Assembly: GCA_964352335.1 (NCBI GenBank)
Contig: CAYGRO010000002.1
Location: forward strand, 77,138 to 141,137
Direction of reading: 5' to 3'
Length of the DNA stretch: 64,000 nucleotides
From: an uncultured Gammaproteobacteria bacterium
GTDB lineage: Bacteria; Patescibacteriota; Patescibacteriia; VMEV01; CAYQCH01
Below are positions 36,518-45,914 of the stretch, piece after piece (position 1 is the stretch's first letter; each line of letters starts with the position of its first letter). Made by a program: the position numbers and the translations under genes. The notes under the pieces are model-generated. The model made no database searches. It was not told the origin of the DNA and worked only from the letters and a program-made list of their open reading frames with translations.

Positions 36518-38115
36518 TCAATAAAATTAGTTGTTTCGCTAAAAATAGCTGTGATTTCTACTTCTTCAACCATTGTTTGCGTATAGACTTTATTAGGAGC
36601 ATTTGCAAGAATTGTAGCAATAATTGACCAGAAGATTAAATAGCCAATGCCAAGTGGATGATTAATATAGGGACTAAATACATGCGTTGCTAGTAATACG
36701 ACACCACCCAAGACCATTCCTAACATCAAAAGATCACCAGCTTCAAACTCTTGTTTTCTTCTTACCCATAAATACAGAAAAGATTGTTTAAACAAAATAG
36801 CGACAAAGAAAACATACAGCAATACACCAACCAAACCGAATTTAATGACTAATTCTAAATACCCCCATTCAAAGGCACTTGTTGTATATTCACCAGTTGG
36901 GTTTTCCGCCAATATTCTTGGGTCTTTCGTTATATACGTTAGCGTTTTTCCAAATCCATGCCCAAATATTGGCTTCTCTTGAATCGCTTCTAACATCGGA
37001 GGTAATAACCCAAAACGACTATCAACAGCAGCTTCTCCGCCAGTAAAACTAGTTAATCTTCCACCAAAGATATCGCGAGCGGAAAAACCGTCTCCTGGAA
37101 GCGGTAATGGAAAGAGAATGGTGCCAATGATAACAATAAAACTCACGCAAGTAATAGCAATCGTTAAAGCAATAGAAGTAAAAATTTTTTTGAATGGATT
37201 TTTAAATAACAGAAAAAAAGAAAGTAGTAAAACAATCGCAGAACAAATAAGACCAACCCAATTGCTCCTAGATAGACTTATTAACGTAGAAGTAAACAAT
37301 AATGATGTCAAAAGAAATAACCCCCAAAATGTTTTTTCTTTAATCATCTCCACCAATCTTTTTCCTTTGATAAAAAATAGTAAAAAAACGAAAATAATGA
37401 CAAATGCTATTGCAGCATAAATCTGACTCGCAAAAAAGATTCTCCAAAAAGACCCAAGTATTTCTGTAACTTCCCCTACCCTTGTATCACGGATCCATTT
37501 ATAGGTTTCTGGCATCATCCACCAAAATTTATGAGAAAACGTATAAAGAATAAATAGTACTTTTCCAATAGAAGCAAGAAGCCCTGCAACCCCCATTTGC
37601 AGAAGAACGGTAAGATCATTTCTTTCTTTAAAAGCTTGCCAAACAGGAATGATTAAGAGAAAAAATAGATATCCATTTCCATCTAAAAACGCTTGGCCAA
37701 ATCCATTTTTTACCACACCAAGTAAAAAAGCCAATACCAGTGAAAGTGCAAATAGCACTAATGGCCAAAAATAAGAAGAGCTGTAAATTCTTAATTCCCT
37801 TTTTTTTACAGCATCTAATATACCTAGAATAAATAAACAGAGAAAGAGACCAATCCGCAATGAAATTGATCCCCCATCATATTGAAAAGAAAAAAGATAT
37901 CCATGTGATGAAATAAGTAAATCAACAAGTGCAATACCAACTCCAATCCTCAAATCTTTTAATCCGATGACGACCACACCAATGAGAATCAAAAAAAATG
38001 AGACATTTCCTAAACTTGGATACACCCAAGAAGCAAATGAAAGCAATTCTAAACAAATAACACCAACGAGCGTTAATTGAAATAATTTAGTTGTTAGAAT
38101 CTTTGGCAATTGCAT
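36514..38115 (-). CDS. O-antigen ligase/polymerase-like (Wzy_C-type) polytopic membrane protein
   Basis: ~12 TM helices with a large loop; part of a glycosyltransferase/Wzx cluster. Confidence 0.45.
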   Translation of the reverse strand: MQLPKILTTKLFQLTLVGVICLELLSFASWVYPSLGNVSFFLILIGVVVIGLKDLRIGVGIALVDLLISSHGYLFSFQYDGGSISLRIGLFLCLFILGILDAVKKRELRIYSSSYFWPLVLFALSLVLAFLLGVVKNGFGQAFLDGNGYLFFLLIIPVWQAFKERNDLTVLLQMGVAGLLASIGKVLFILYTFSHKFWWMMPETYKWIRDTRVGEVTEILGSFWRIFFASQIYAAIAFVIIFVFLLFFIKGKRLVEMIKEKTFWGLFLLTSLLFTSTLISLSRSNWVGLICSAIVLLLSFFLLFKNPFKKIFTSIALTIAITCVSFIVIIGTILFPLPLPGDGFSARDIFGGRLTSFTGGEAAVDSRFGLLPPMLEAIQEKPIFGHGFGKTLTYITKDPRILAENPTGEYTTSAFEWGYLELVIKFGLVGVLLYVFFVAILFKQSFLYLWVRRKQEFEAGDLLMLGMVLGGVVLLATHVFSPYINHPLGIGYLIFWSIIATILANAPNKVYTQTMVEEVEITAIFSETTNFID

Positions 38116-38120
38116 AGGTA

Positions 38121-39299
38121 CTAGGAAACAGGAAACATCAATGAATCTATCATGACATCTATAACATCTAAGTATGAATCAATCCCATATTCAACACTGG
38201 TAAATTGCGCCTCATAAAAATAAGGCCCCATATCAAAAATGACATATCTAAAAATTACGCCATCATTTTGTGAGGTCACGAGTTCATATGCATTCGGATA
38301 TTGTAAACTTGGTCCACTATAAAACACTCTATCAGACAGATCTTTTCTAATTTCTAAAATCTGATTTATATCGTCTCCAAATTGTTGCTTAAACCAACGT
38401 ATCACAAGTAAGTTCTCAGCAAATTCATCACCTGGTTCAAATTTTGACTCAATCGATATCAACGGTGAATCAAATAATTCAGTACTCGTATCTGTGAATT
38501 CAACAGAGAAATAGGTTGGGACTTCCAGAATATGCCCAGCCTCTGTATATGTTTGGGTAGATTGTACTGATTTTTTTTCAAAATGTTCTTTTGAACAAGA
38601 AACACATGAATAAGCAGCCTCTGGTGTAAGTACACTGGGACCTTTTGTAATATGAGCTGGTAATGTGGCAGATCTAAAAGTGAGTTTTTCTAAAGACTCA
38701 AAACGGTTCCAAATCCAAGCTAAACCAGAAATAGGACGAATTTGCCATAAACCATCCGTTCTTTGCTCTGAAAGGTATCTTTGCCCAGCAAAATCAAAAA
38801 CACTTCCTATCGGATGAATTGCTTGGCCATCGATAATCTCAACCGTACCACCAATTGTATAGTCGAAGAAAAAAGAAATATCTACATCATCCACTTTTTT
38901 AGACCAGTCATTTCCATACAGCTCCTCAGCAACAGCTTCTGATGGTAAATTTCTCAATACACCAAAAGGTTCTACAGCATAAACTTCTGGAACAGAAGGA
39001 ATTTTAATTAATCGGCTCCCAGGTCTATAAAGAACATTTTTCCCAAGTGAATAAGAAGCCAGTTCTTCTGGAGTAACTACTTGTACTTGAAGGAAGTTGT
39101 CATACCATGAAAAATAAATTTTCTCATTTGGAAAAGCATGTCTAAAATTATCTGGCCCTACCCAATAGACTGCAGTAGACTGTGTCGATTTAATTAGCTT
39201 CCCATCTAATAAATTAAACGATTCTTGAGCATGCGCAAAACCACCAACAAAAAAGCTTGCCGAAACAAAGAGGATGAGTTTTAAAGTAAGTGATTTCAT
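38121..39299 (-). CDS. Secreted protein with N-terminal shared ~120-aa domain
   Basis: Signal peptide; residues ~35-150 (LIKSTQSTAVYWVGPDNFRHAFPNEKIYFSWYDNFLQVQVVTPEELASYSLGKNVLYRPGSRLIKIP...) are homologous to the domains in the 14866-16518 and 17419-21021 proteins. Confidence 0.45.
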   Translation of the reverse strand: MKSLTLKLILFVSASFFVGGFAHAQESFNLLDGKLIKSTQSTAVYWVGPDNFRHAFPNEKIYFSWYDNFLQVQVVTPEELASYSLGKNVLYRPGSRLIKIPSVPEVYAVEPFGVLRNLPSEAVAEELYGNDWSKKVDDVDISFFFDYTIGGTVEIIDGQAIHPIGSVFDFAGQRYLSEQRTDGLWQIRPISGLAWIWNRFESLEKLTFRSATLPAHITKGPSVLTPEAAYSCVSCSKEHFEKKSVQSTQTYTEAGHILEVPTYFSVEFTDTSTELFDSPLISIESKFEPGDEFAENLLVIRWFKQQFGDDINQILEIRKDLSDRVFYSGPSLQYPNAYELVTSQNDGVIFRYVIFDMGPYFYEAQFTSVEYGIDSYLDVIDVMIDSLMFPVS

Positions 39300-39304
39300 A
39301 CGAA

Positions 39305-40228
39305 CTAGGCTTTTTTAAACTGGTCTTTAGATTTATTTTCAAGCTGTTTTCCTTTTGATGATTTTTTAAACAATCCCCCAAACCAAGCTAATACAATACT
39401 AAGGGGGGTGAAAAAGGAAATCACTAAATAGGACCACCAATGCTTGTGCTTCTTAAAATAATACCGCAAACTCTTCAAATATATTCTCTGTTTTTTCATT
39501 GAACGCAATTTATCGAAACTATCTCCTCCTGCATGGATCAAATGAGAGTGCGCATTATAGTAAATTTTATAGGATGAACGTTCATAGACACGCCGACAAA
39601 AATCTACTTCATCAAACCAGAGAAAAAAAGTTTCATCAAAAATCCCAACCTGTTCAAATACTTCTTTTCTAACAAGCATGCAAGCCCCCATTATTTGCTC
39701 CACTTCTTGCGTAGATTGATAGTTAAAATCACGCCAAAGATATGACTGCATTGCTTTGGAATCCGGAAATAACAGATGTAGTTTTAAGATGATTCGCAAT
39801 TGATCACGTAATCTTGGTCTTCTTCGAATAGAACGCTGAGTTGATTCATCTGTATTAATTAAATGAGGTCCAACTACGCCAACTCGAGGGTATTCTTCTA
39901 AAAACGCTACTAATTGCTCTAATGTTCTATCTACAAATTGAGTATCTGGGTTGAGCACACAAATGTACTTTCCTTGTGAAACCTCTATCCCCTGATTAAC
40001 TCCAGTTGCCCACCCTTTATTTAAGGTATTTTCAATAACTTTTACATTTGCAAATTCATTCATTGCAACCTTAACACTTTGATCCGAAGATGCATTATCA
40101 ATAACAATAACCTCAAAAGTTATTTCTGAAGTTTGTTTGAAAATTGATGCTAAACATTTTCTTAGCCAATCTTCTGAATTCCATGAAACAATTACAATAG
40201 ATACATCCATAAAGCTTTCTTCAATCAA
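39305..40228 (-). CDS. Glycosyltransferase family 2
   Basis: VSIVIVSWNSEDWLRKCLASI...VIVIDNASSDQS...DxD-like DTQF; GT-A fold. Confidence 0.7.
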   Translation of the reverse strand: MIEESFMDVSIVIVSWNSEDWLRKCLASIFKQTSEITFEVIVIDNASSDQSVKVAMNEFANVKVIENTLNKGWATGVNQGIEVSQGKYICVLNPDTQFVDRTLEQLVAFLEEYPRVGVVGPHLINTDESTQRSIRRRPRLRDQLRIILKLHLLFPDSKAMQSYLWRDFNYQSTQEVEQIMGACMLVRKEVFEQVGIFDETFFLWFDEVDFCRRVYERSSYKIYYNAHSHLIHAGGDSFDKLRSMKKQRIYLKSLRYYFKKHKHWWSYLVISFFTPLSIVLAWFGGLFKKSSKGKQLENKSKDQFKKA

Positions 40229-40235
40229 GTGTTAT

Positions 40236-41432
40236 TTATTCTGAAATGCGATCAATAATCTCCAACATTTCTTTTACCCTTTCGTTCCATATATGTAGTT
40301 TAACACGTTTTCTTCGCTTAATCATCATTTCCGGGGAGTCTTCTAAAATCGCATTATTTATTGCCTGTGAAAACCCTTCAACTGAATCAGCAATCGAAAG
40401 AACATCTTTAAAATCCTGTGTCCCAGCACCAGGAGTAGTGACAACCGGTTTTCCTGCAGCTAAATAATCATACATTTTCATTGGATTAGTACTTGCTAAA
40501 AAATCATCTAACTTATGTGGAATAATCGTAATATCTATATCTGCTAATACTAAGGGCAATTCTCTATAGCTAACCCTTCCGTGAAAAACCAGATTCTTAT
40601 TTTTTTTAGCTAATTCATCTACAAGTGACTGAACCCCAGACCAAATAGGCCCGTAAAAATGGAACTCTTTTTTTGGATGAAGTTCACAAAGCTTAGTGAT
40701 CAAATCAAAATCTACACGTTCTTGAATCGTGCCAATATAACCAATTTTTATTTTTTCTGTATGCTGTTTATATGGTATTGCTGAAAACAAATCAAAATCT
40801 ACACCATTTGGTATCCAGTGAATATTTTTATGATCAAATAGATTTAATAACCCCTCTGAAACAGTAAAAATAAGATCAGCTGTATTTGCAATTTCCTCAT
40901 AATTCGAAGTTAGCAAACCTGCTTCCTTAATATAACTTGCATGATGCGCCCAATTATCGACAGTATCAAAAACAGTAAGTTTCGCAGGCAATTCATGAAC
41001 CTGAGGCAAAAAAGCATTATAATTCCAAATGACTGTATCATTTAAATCTACATTGATCTGACCTAAATACAATTGAATTTGGTCTAATCGTTTTGAAGCA
41101 GTTGTGAATAGCCCCATCCCTGCAATATGATGAATTTCTTTTTCGCTCTCAAAGAGCTCTTTATATGATTGCTTATGAACCCCAATTCCCCCACCTAAAG
41201 AAGAATAGGATTGCGAATAAAACCATTTTCCATATTTATAGGTTCGCTGTTTCCCAAAAATCTTTTTTGATGATTGGATTGCTAAAAAATCTACAAGAAT
41301 AATTTCTTCAAATTTATTTGATTGAATCAGTTTTTGCAAAATAAAATAATTTCGATTAACAATACCATGTTGCCAATCGATTAAGTTGGACATATTAAAA
41401 ACCAGCAAATGCATAATACAAAGAATGTTCAA
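40236..41432 (-). CDS. Glycosyltransferase (GT-B, group 1-like)
   Basis: C-terminal GT1-like domain (AGKPVVTTPGAG); weaker N-terminal similarity. Confidence 0.55.
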   Translation of the reverse strand: MNILCIMHLLVFNMSNLIDWQHGIVNRNYFILQKLIQSNKFEEIILVDFLAIQSSKKIFGKQRTYKYGKWFYSQSYSSLGGGIGVHKQSYKELFESEKEIHHIAGMGLFTTASKRLDQIQLYLGQINVDLNDTVIWNYNAFLPQVHELPAKLTVFDTVDNWAHHASYIKEAGLLTSNYEEIANTADLIFTVSEGLLNLFDHKNIHWIPNGVDFDLFSAIPYKQHTEKIKIGYIGTIQERVDFDLITKLCELHPKKEFHFYGPIWSGVQSLVDELAKKNKNLVFHGRVSYRELPLVLADIDITIIPHKLDDFLASTNPMKMYDYLAAGKPVVTTPGAGTQDFKDVLSIADSVEGFSQAINNAILEDSPEMMIKRRKRVKLHIWNERVKEMLEIIDRISE

Positions 41433-41458
41433 ACCGAAATATATTTTAAATACTTAAC

Positions 41459-42559
41459 TTATGCTAATACCTTTTCTAGGATATCTGACTGTCTTTTCCA
41501 CGTAAGATCACTGCTAAGACGCTCTTGACCATTTTGACCTAATTTCTCAGCTAGCTTAGGATCTTCAATCAATCTTAGCAAAGCTTTTGCTATTTCATCA
41601 ATATCGTCAGGATTTACTAAAAGACCAGTCTTTTCGTGAATAATAGCTTCTTTTGGGCCACCTTGATCCCCTGCAATCACAGCTTTTCCTGCCGCATTCG
41701 CTTCTAAATAAACAATACCATACCCTTCAATATCATCTTCATACTGTTTTGCCGGCATACAGAAGAGATCAGCCAAGTGAAACCATGCATCTCGCTCTTC
41801 ATTTGATACTTGCCCAGTAAAAATAACTTGCTCCCTATGAGGTAATGCCATTTTTTCTAATCGACTTCTATCAGGCCCATCTCCAACAATGACATAAACA
41901 CATTCCGGATGCATTTGCCAAAGATGAGTCATTGCTCCCAAAACAGAATCTTGTCCTTTTCGTTTCACCAATCTTCCAACAGTTAGAATTATCTTTTTAT
42001 TCATTAGCTGATACTTTTTTTCTAATTCTGCTTCAACACGCTTATTGGATTTCGGAAATGCTTTTGGAATAGGATAAATGACCTCTATTTTGGAAGCATC
42101 ATCAGAAAAATCTCTTGCTATGTCTCGAACAGCTTGGCTATTTACTAGAAGAAATTTTGATCTATGTAAAATTGCCTTAACCAGTTTTTGTTTTCTTTTA
42201 GATTCTTTCGTTTGAAGCAAGTCCATTCCATAGATTTGAACAATATACGGAATCTTGAAAAAAAGATGTAATACCCAAACCATCGACCCAACTGGTAAAA
42301 CTTGTCCAACTAAAATTTGTTCACAATTTTGCTGTTTATATACTTTATAAATTTCATAAACCCCTTTTAACCATTTTGGCCAAATCCATGCGAAAAAAAG
42401 TTTTTTTCTAATAACTTGATCAGTATCCGGCTGTTCCCCTTTCAATGTAAGGACAATCATTTTTTCTGCTGGAAATGATTGAACCACCTGTTCTAAATAG
42501 GTGGCAACTCCGCCCACTGAAGGCGGATAATCAATTGTAACTAAAAGAGTTTTTTTCAT
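41459..42559 (-). CDS. Glycosyltransferase family 4
   Basis: GT4 signature EGYGIVYLEANAAGKAVIAGDQGGPKEAIIHEKTGLLV. Confidence 0.7.
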   Translation of the reverse strand: MKKTLLVTIDYPPSVGGVATYLEQVVQSFPAEKMIVLTLKGEQPDTDQVIRKKLFFAWIWPKWLKGVYEIYKVYKQQNCEQILVGQVLPVGSMVWVLHLFFKIPYIVQIYGMDLLQTKESKRKQKLVKAILHRSKFLLVNSQAVRDIARDFSDDASKIEVIYPIPKAFPKSNKRVEAELEKKYQLMNKKIILTVGRLVKRKGQDSVLGAMTHLWQMHPECVYVIVGDGPDRSRLEKMALPHREQVIFTGQVSNEERDAWFHLADLFCMPAKQYEDDIEGYGIVYLEANAAGKAVIAGDQGGPKEAIIHEKTGLLVNPDDIDEIAKALLRLIEDPKLAEKLGQNGQERLSSDLTWKRQSDILEKVLA

Positions 42560-44001
42560 ACTGTTTTCTTCCGGAAAGTTTTAAATAACGCTTGTATCTC
42601 AGAAAAAGTAATAACACGCAATACAATGATGAAAAAGGTAAAGACAATAGCTCCAACAAGAGTAATTAAAGTGAAGTGCAGGTATGGGAGTAATACCCAA
42701 ACAATTAGCCCCATAAGGGAAGCAGAAAGAGCCGTTTTCATAAATGAAACAAATAAATGACCCCATCCAATTTCCTCATAACGTGACACCCAATAAATCC
42801 CCATACAAGTAAGCAAAGCATAGCTAATGACCGCTGCTATCGCAGCTCCTACAAATGAATAGAGCGGAATTAAGATAATATTTAAGATAATATTCAATGT
42901 CATAACTATTCCGCGAGTAATCATATTTTTTCTCTGTTGCCCAATCGCTGACAAAAGAGAACCTAATGGAAATTCTACAAAACCAAATACGACACCCCAA
43001 ACTAATATATACATAGCAGGAATAGAAGCAGCAAAATCAGCAGTATAAAGCTCTGTAATAATCACGGGGGTTAATACAAAAATCCCTACGGCAATTGGCA
43101 ATGAAAGAATAAAAAGAAAGAGTATCGATTGCTCAAAAACTTCAACCATCTTTTTTCTATCAGTTTTATATAAACTACTCATTGCTGGATAAATAGAAGC
43201 AGCAAAAGCAGCTGGAATAAACTGTAATGCAAAAACAATTTTATTGGGCACTGCATAATACCCCACAGCTCCCTGACCAATAAATTGTTTTAGTAATACC
43301 GTATCAATCGCAGAAAAGACCCTTGTAAATGCTCCAGAAAAACCAAACGGAATCGATTCTTTTAAAAATGTTTTATCAAAGGTTAAAGCATAATTTGGCT
43401 TTGGCCAAAAGTTTAATTTTATTTTTAATAAGATCGAAGCAAAAATACTTGTAAATAAGCTTCCTAATAAGAGCGCGATAATCAAAATTTCTAATGGAGC
43501 TCCCATTACTAAACCTGTTAAGCCGATTGCCAAAGTTATTCCTTGACTAAGGATAACGGCAAATGCTTCATACTGTAATTTATGATGCCCCCTAAAAACA
43601 CTCCAGATAGATAAATTTAAAGAATCAAATAGCATTAATGCTAACGCTATCCATATCATATTTTGAATAGAACCCGTAAGCCCCATTGCATAACTAACAA
43701 GAGTGGCCAATGCAATAGTACCTATTGCATAATAAGACTTGATCGCCAAAGTTTTACCTAGAATTTTTTCTGCCCATTTAGGTTTTCTTGCAATTTCTCT
43801 TTGAATTAACGGAGCTAAACCAAAGTCAACAAAAACCGAAAAGATTGTTGTAAACGACAATGCAAAAACATAGGCGCCAGTATCTACCACCCCAACCAAA
43901 CGAGCAATCATTGTAAAATAAATAAACGACAAAATTTTCTGCCCAATAAAAGCAGAACTAAGGTATGCAGTATTTTTTACAATATTTTTAGATCCACTCA
44001 T
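42556..44001 (-). CDS. Polysaccharide biosynthesis flippase (Wzx/MOP superfamily)
   Basis: 481 aa with ~12-14 TM helices; position at the head of the GT cluster. Confidence 0.6.
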   Translation of the reverse strand: MSGSKNIVKNTAYLSSAFIGQKILSFIYFTMIARLVGVVDTGAYVFALSFTTIFSVFVDFGLAPLIQREIARKPKWAEKILGKTLAIKSYYAIGTIALATLVSYAMGLTGSIQNMIWIALALMLFDSLNLSIWSVFRGHHKLQYEAFAVILSQGITLAIGLTGLVMGAPLEILIIALLLGSLFTSIFASILLKIKLNFWPKPNYALTFDKTFLKESIPFGFSGAFTRVFSAIDTVLLKQFIGQGAVGYYAVPNKIVFALQFIPAAFAASIYPAMSSLYKTDRKKMVEVFEQSILFLFILSLPIAVGIFVLTPVIITELYTADFAASIPAMYILVWGVVFGFVEFPLGSLLSAIGQQRKNMITRGIVMTLNIILNIILIPLYSFVGAAIAAVISYALLTCMGIYWVSRYEEIGWGHLFVSFMKTALSASLMGLIVWVLLPYLHFTLITLVGAIVFTFFIIVLRVITFSEIQALFKTFRKKTV

Positions 44002-44100
44002 ATGATTCGAATCTACGAATTATTGCTAATCTACAAATAACTCATTTGTAGATTAGTTCAAATTTGTAGATTGGTGATAATTTGTAGATTCGAGCTAATC
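44002..44100. promoter_or_regulatory. Array of TTTGTAGATT-type repeats (three direct copies, one inverted, forming a 14-bp-arm palindrome) abutting the wzx start codon
   Basis: ctaatctacaaata-actc-atttgtagattag is a perfect palindrome; further copies aaatttgtagattgg, aatttgtagattcg and ttcgtagattcgaat lie immediately 5' of the wzx ATG. The same motif recurs at 36109-36150 upstream of lepA. Confidence 0.5.
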
Positions 44101-44223
44101 ACAACAACCTTCTTTAAAACCACAATGTGGACAATGATCCTCTACCGTTCCAATAATAAAATCACGTCTTTCCTTGTGACATTTTATGCATTTAACAAGT
44201 TCTCTTTCTTCTATTCGAGCCAT
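44095..44223 (-). CDS. Possible 42-aa zinc-ribbon miniprotein (CxxC...CxxC), not in the ORF track
   Basis: Minus-strand ATG at 44223 gives MARIEERELVKCIKCHKERRDFIIGTVEDHCPHCGFKEGCCD. Two CxxC/CxxH pairs; located just upstream of the repeat array. Confidence 0.25.
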   Translation of the reverse strand: MARIEERELVKCIKCHKERRDFIIGTVEDHCPHCGFKEGCCD

Positions 44224-44321
44224 AAATTACCTGAATTATAGCATGCGCCAAAAGAGCACACCTATTGACAAATGAACAATAATATGATATAGTTGAAAAA
44301 GCTAAAAAAGGGGCAAAACAG

Positions 44322-44603
44322 ATGAATAGCTTAGTTATTGAGTTTATAAGGACGGTCAAGCAAGATGAGAAACTGCCTCAGTTCGTGAGAGTGGGATTCC
44401 CAGCGATCGTTCCACTCTTCTTCATTGTCGCAGGATTCCTGCTGGGCATTGGAGAAGCATTCTACCTTCAACAGATGTGGGGATTCACTCCCCCGTTTCT
44501 GCCGACGATCCTCATCGGGATCGCCGGAGCGTGCGCCTTGGCTGAAGCCATACTGCGCTTGACGGACGTCGTCATTCGCGCGAAGCACCAACAATCGAAC
44601 TGA
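44322..44603 (+). CDS. Small (93 aa) two-TM membrane protein in a GC-rich (~55% GC) island
   Basis: Good RBS (AAGGGG 7 nt upstream of the ATG) and a shared hairpin terminator downstream (aaaagccccatgaggggcttt at ~44670-44695). The strong GC contrast with flanks suggests horizontal acquisition. Confidence 0.45.
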   Translation: MNSLVIEFIRTVKQDEKLPQFVRVGFPAIVPLFFIVAGFLLGIGEAFYLQQMWGFTPPFLPTILIGIAGACALAEAILRLTDVVIRAKHQQSN

Positions 44604-44711
44604 ACCTTCATCGCAGAAGGGGCCTACCGAAAGGCTTCCGACATGCGTTGGGGGTTCTTTCTATTTGCTAAAAACAAAAAAGCCCCATGAGGGGCTTTGG
44701 ATGAAGTGATT

Positions 44712-45134
44712 TTAACGTTTTGACCATTGTGGTGCACGACGAGCTCCTCGTAAACCATATTTCTTTCGTTCTTTCACACGAGCATCTCGTTTTAAAAGAC
44801 CAAATTTCTTGATTTGAGTTCGTAATGTTTCGTCATGCATAATGAGTGCACGAGCAATACCTAATTGAATAGCATCAGCTTGACCAGCTTTACCACCACC
44901 TTTTACATGAATTGTTGCATCAAAAGCGTCTAATTGATTTTGTGATCGTAAGGCTTCGAATGCTTTTTGTTCATTTAATGGATTTTGTAAATAATCTTTT
45001 GCTGATTTATCGTTAATCAAAAAGATACCAGTTCCTTTTGGATAAAGACGAACTTGCGCAGAGGCCTCTTTGCGACGGCCAATTGTGTAAATATATTTAC
45101 GATTTCCTGGTTTGAATTCTGGTTGGTCTGCCAT
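44712..45134 (-). CDS. rpsI: 30S ribosomal protein S9
   Basis: C-terminal GGGKAGQADAIQLGIARAL...GLRGARRAPQWSKR. Confidence 0.9.
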   Translation of the reverse strand: MADQPEFKPGNRKYIYTIGRRKEASAQVRLYPKGTGIFLINDKSAKDYLQNPLNEQKAFEALRSQNQLDAFDATIHVKGGGKAGQADAIQLGIARALIMHDETLRTQIKKFGLLKRDARVKERKKYGLRGARRAPQWSKR

Positions 45135-45135
45135 A

Positions 45136-45525
45136 TTATTGAGAACGTTTAAACGTTAGACGTTTCATCATATGCTGACGTAAACGTGTACTAGGTAACA
45201 TATTAAATACTGCATCAGAAAGAACTGCTTCATAACCACCATCTTTAGACACGCGTTCTTTAAACGTAGCTTCTTTTAATCCACCTGGGTATTCACTATG
45301 TCGGTAATAAACTTTATCTTCAGATTTATTCCCAGTAATTTTAAGTAAATCAACATTTTCAATTTCAACAAAATCACCAGCATCAATATGTGGTTCAAAG
45401 CTTGGTTTATGTTTCCCACGCAATAAAACAGCTACATCACTAGCAATACGACCTAATGATTTATTAGTAGCGTCAATTACATGATTTTCTCGTTGGATAG
45501 TTGGTTGTGACATATTATTTAACAA
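45136..45525 (-). CDS. rplM: 50S ribosomal protein L13
   Basis: Sequence and size typical of L13; adjacent to rpsI. Confidence 0.9.
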   Translation of the reverse strand: MLNNMSQPTIQRENHVIDATNKSLGRIASDVAVLLRGKHKPSFEPHIDAGDFVEIENVDLLKITGNKSEDKVYYRHSEYPGGLKEATFKERVSKDGGYEAVLSDAVFNMLPSTRLRQHMMKRLTFKRSQ

Positions 45526-45868
45526 ATTCTAATTGAACAACAGGAGCTCCATCACCCACACGACGACCAAGCTTGGTGATACGCATGTATCCACCTGGAC
45601 GTTTTTCGTAACGAGGACCAAGATCTTCTAACATTTTTTTAACTGCGTTTTCATCATAAAAGAAACTAATGAGTTTTCTTTTAGTATGTAAATCATTTTT
45701 ACGACTTGCAGTAACAAGTTTTTCTACAAGAGGTTTTACCGCTTTCGCCTTTGCTTCTGTTGTTTTTACTGATTCATATAAAACAACACTCGTTGCTAAA
45801 TTTCTAAGCAGAGCTTCTCTTGGAGCTTTTTTTCGTCCTAATGATTTTCCTTTTTTACGATGACGCAT
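45515..45868 (-). CDS. rplQ: 50S ribosomal protein L17
   Basis: MRHRKKGKSLGRKKAPREALLRNLATSVVLYESVKTT. Confidence 0.9.
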   Translation of the reverse strand: MRHRKKGKSLGRKKAPREALLRNLATSVVLYESVKTTEAKAKAVKPLVEKLVTASRKNDLHTKRKLISFFYDENAVKKMLEDLGPRYEKRPGGYMRITKLGRRVGDGAPVVQLEFVK

Positions 45869-45914
45869 ATATTTTGCTAGTAGCTTCTAACCAGTAGTTA
45901 GTGCTAGGTAGGGA

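Noticed and set aside
44002-44100. CRISPR array
   Set aside because: The repeats are 10-14 bp, irregularly spaced, partly inverted, and located at promoters. No cas genes are in the window. These are operator-like motifs rather than CRISPR.
44331-44594. 87-aa minus-strand ORF overlapping the GC-rich mini-gene
   Set aside because: The plus-strand frame has an RBS, predicted TM helices and a downstream terminator. The minus frame is highly charged/low-complexity and is the shadow ORF.
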